From assembly GCA_031259805.1 (NCBI GenBank), contig JAIRKX010000046.1, forward strand, positions 1-33,227: DNA of 33,227 nucleotides, in the 5' to 3' direction. The notes below the pieces were generated by a model, which was not told where the DNA came from, ran no database searches, and saw nothing but the letters and a program-made list of their open reading frames with translations. This DNA is from Prevotellaceae bacterium (lineage in GTDB: Bacteria; Bacteroidota; Bacteroidia; Bacteroidales; UBA932). Made by a program: the position numbers and the translations under genes. Shown piece by piece: positions 32,965-33,227 of this stretch (its first letter is position 1; the number at the start of each line of letters is the position of its first letter).

Positions 32965-33227
32965 ATGTACACTAATAGATACCACACCTTACCCTTAAAA
33001 GCCCCGACGCCCCGGACAGCTTCTCCTATGGCGAGGAAAAGCTATCCTCTGACAAGGGAAAGCTATCCTCTGACGATGGGAAACTATCCTCTGACGACAG
33101 GAAGCTATCCTCTGACGACAGGAAGCTATCCTCTGACGACAGGAAGCTATCCTCTGACGACAGGAAGCTACCCCCTCGCAGCAGGTAGCTCTCTACGAGC
33201 AGCAGGTAGCTCTCTACGAGCAGCAGG
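32965..33227 (+). CDS. Partial ORF (3' end beyond the window) encoding SYPLTTG-type heptad repeats
   Basis: ATG 32965 is the first codon after an in-frame TAA at 32959. The translation is MYTNRYHTLPLKAPTPRTASPMARK-SYPLTRE-SYPLTMG-NYPLTTG-(SYPLTTG)x3-SYPLAAG-SSLRAAG-SSLRAAG.... Other frames of the repeat are also open, so coding status rests on the promoter box and the start context. Confidence 0.4.
   Translation, partial: MYTNRYHTLPLKAPTPRTASPMARKSYPLTRESYPLTMGNYPLTTGSYPLTTGSYPLTTGSYPLTTGSYPLAAGSSLRAAGSSLRAA
33040..33227 (+). repeat. 21-bp tandem repeat, at least 9 units, running off the window end
   Basis: Units start at 33040, 33061, 33082, 33103, 33124, 33145, 33166, 33187 and 33208. The core AGCTATCCTCTGACGACAGGA switches to AGCTCTCTACGAGCAGCAGGT in the last two units. 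Confidence 0.95.

Overview
This 33.2-kb chromosomal window reads as core genome of a Bacteroidota (Bacteroidales-like) organism. The taxon call is an inference from three things: repeated TAnnTTTG -7 promoter boxes, signal peptides ending in ...A|Q, and the gene set. Most of the window is housekeeping. The recognisable genes are tsaD, ridA, a fused glutamate formimidoyltransferase/cyclodeaminase, holA, a PorT-like OM barrel, a thioredoxin-fold protein, tex, a ClC channel, lipB, a PAP2-PlsC fusion, an LptD-like OM protein, an amidase-SPOR protein, MlaD, dnaA, cdaA, alaS, two tandem M23 peptidases, a MerR regulator, Nif3, a COG1579 Zn-ribbon protein and tRNA-Gly(GCC). I see no recognisable defence system, CRISPR array, prophage or intact mobile element, only a short transposase remnant after dnaA. 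The unusual content falls into three groups. (1) Two paralogous secreted repeat-protein genes lie in inverted orientation (1..1404 + and 7952..10084 -). They share a ~630-bp N-terminal module but carry different C-terminal cassettes. (2) The ~700-bp region upstream of the complete copy is elaborate. It has ~70-115-bp direct repeats, the only canonical promoter box in the region, a G12/C12 homopolymer whose length decides whether two leader reading frames fuse, and four GACATGTC palindromes phased at exactly 21 bp. (3) The window has an unusually high density of 21-23-bp-period tandem arrays, in both coding and non-coding sequence. These are a phased T-tract array, a 23-bp hairpin array, 21 APVAVET heptads in the Zn-ribbon protein, and SYPLTTG heptads in a partial ORF beside the tRNA. 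The functional readings of these structures are hypotheses. The repeats, coordinates and frame relationships were read directly from the sequence.
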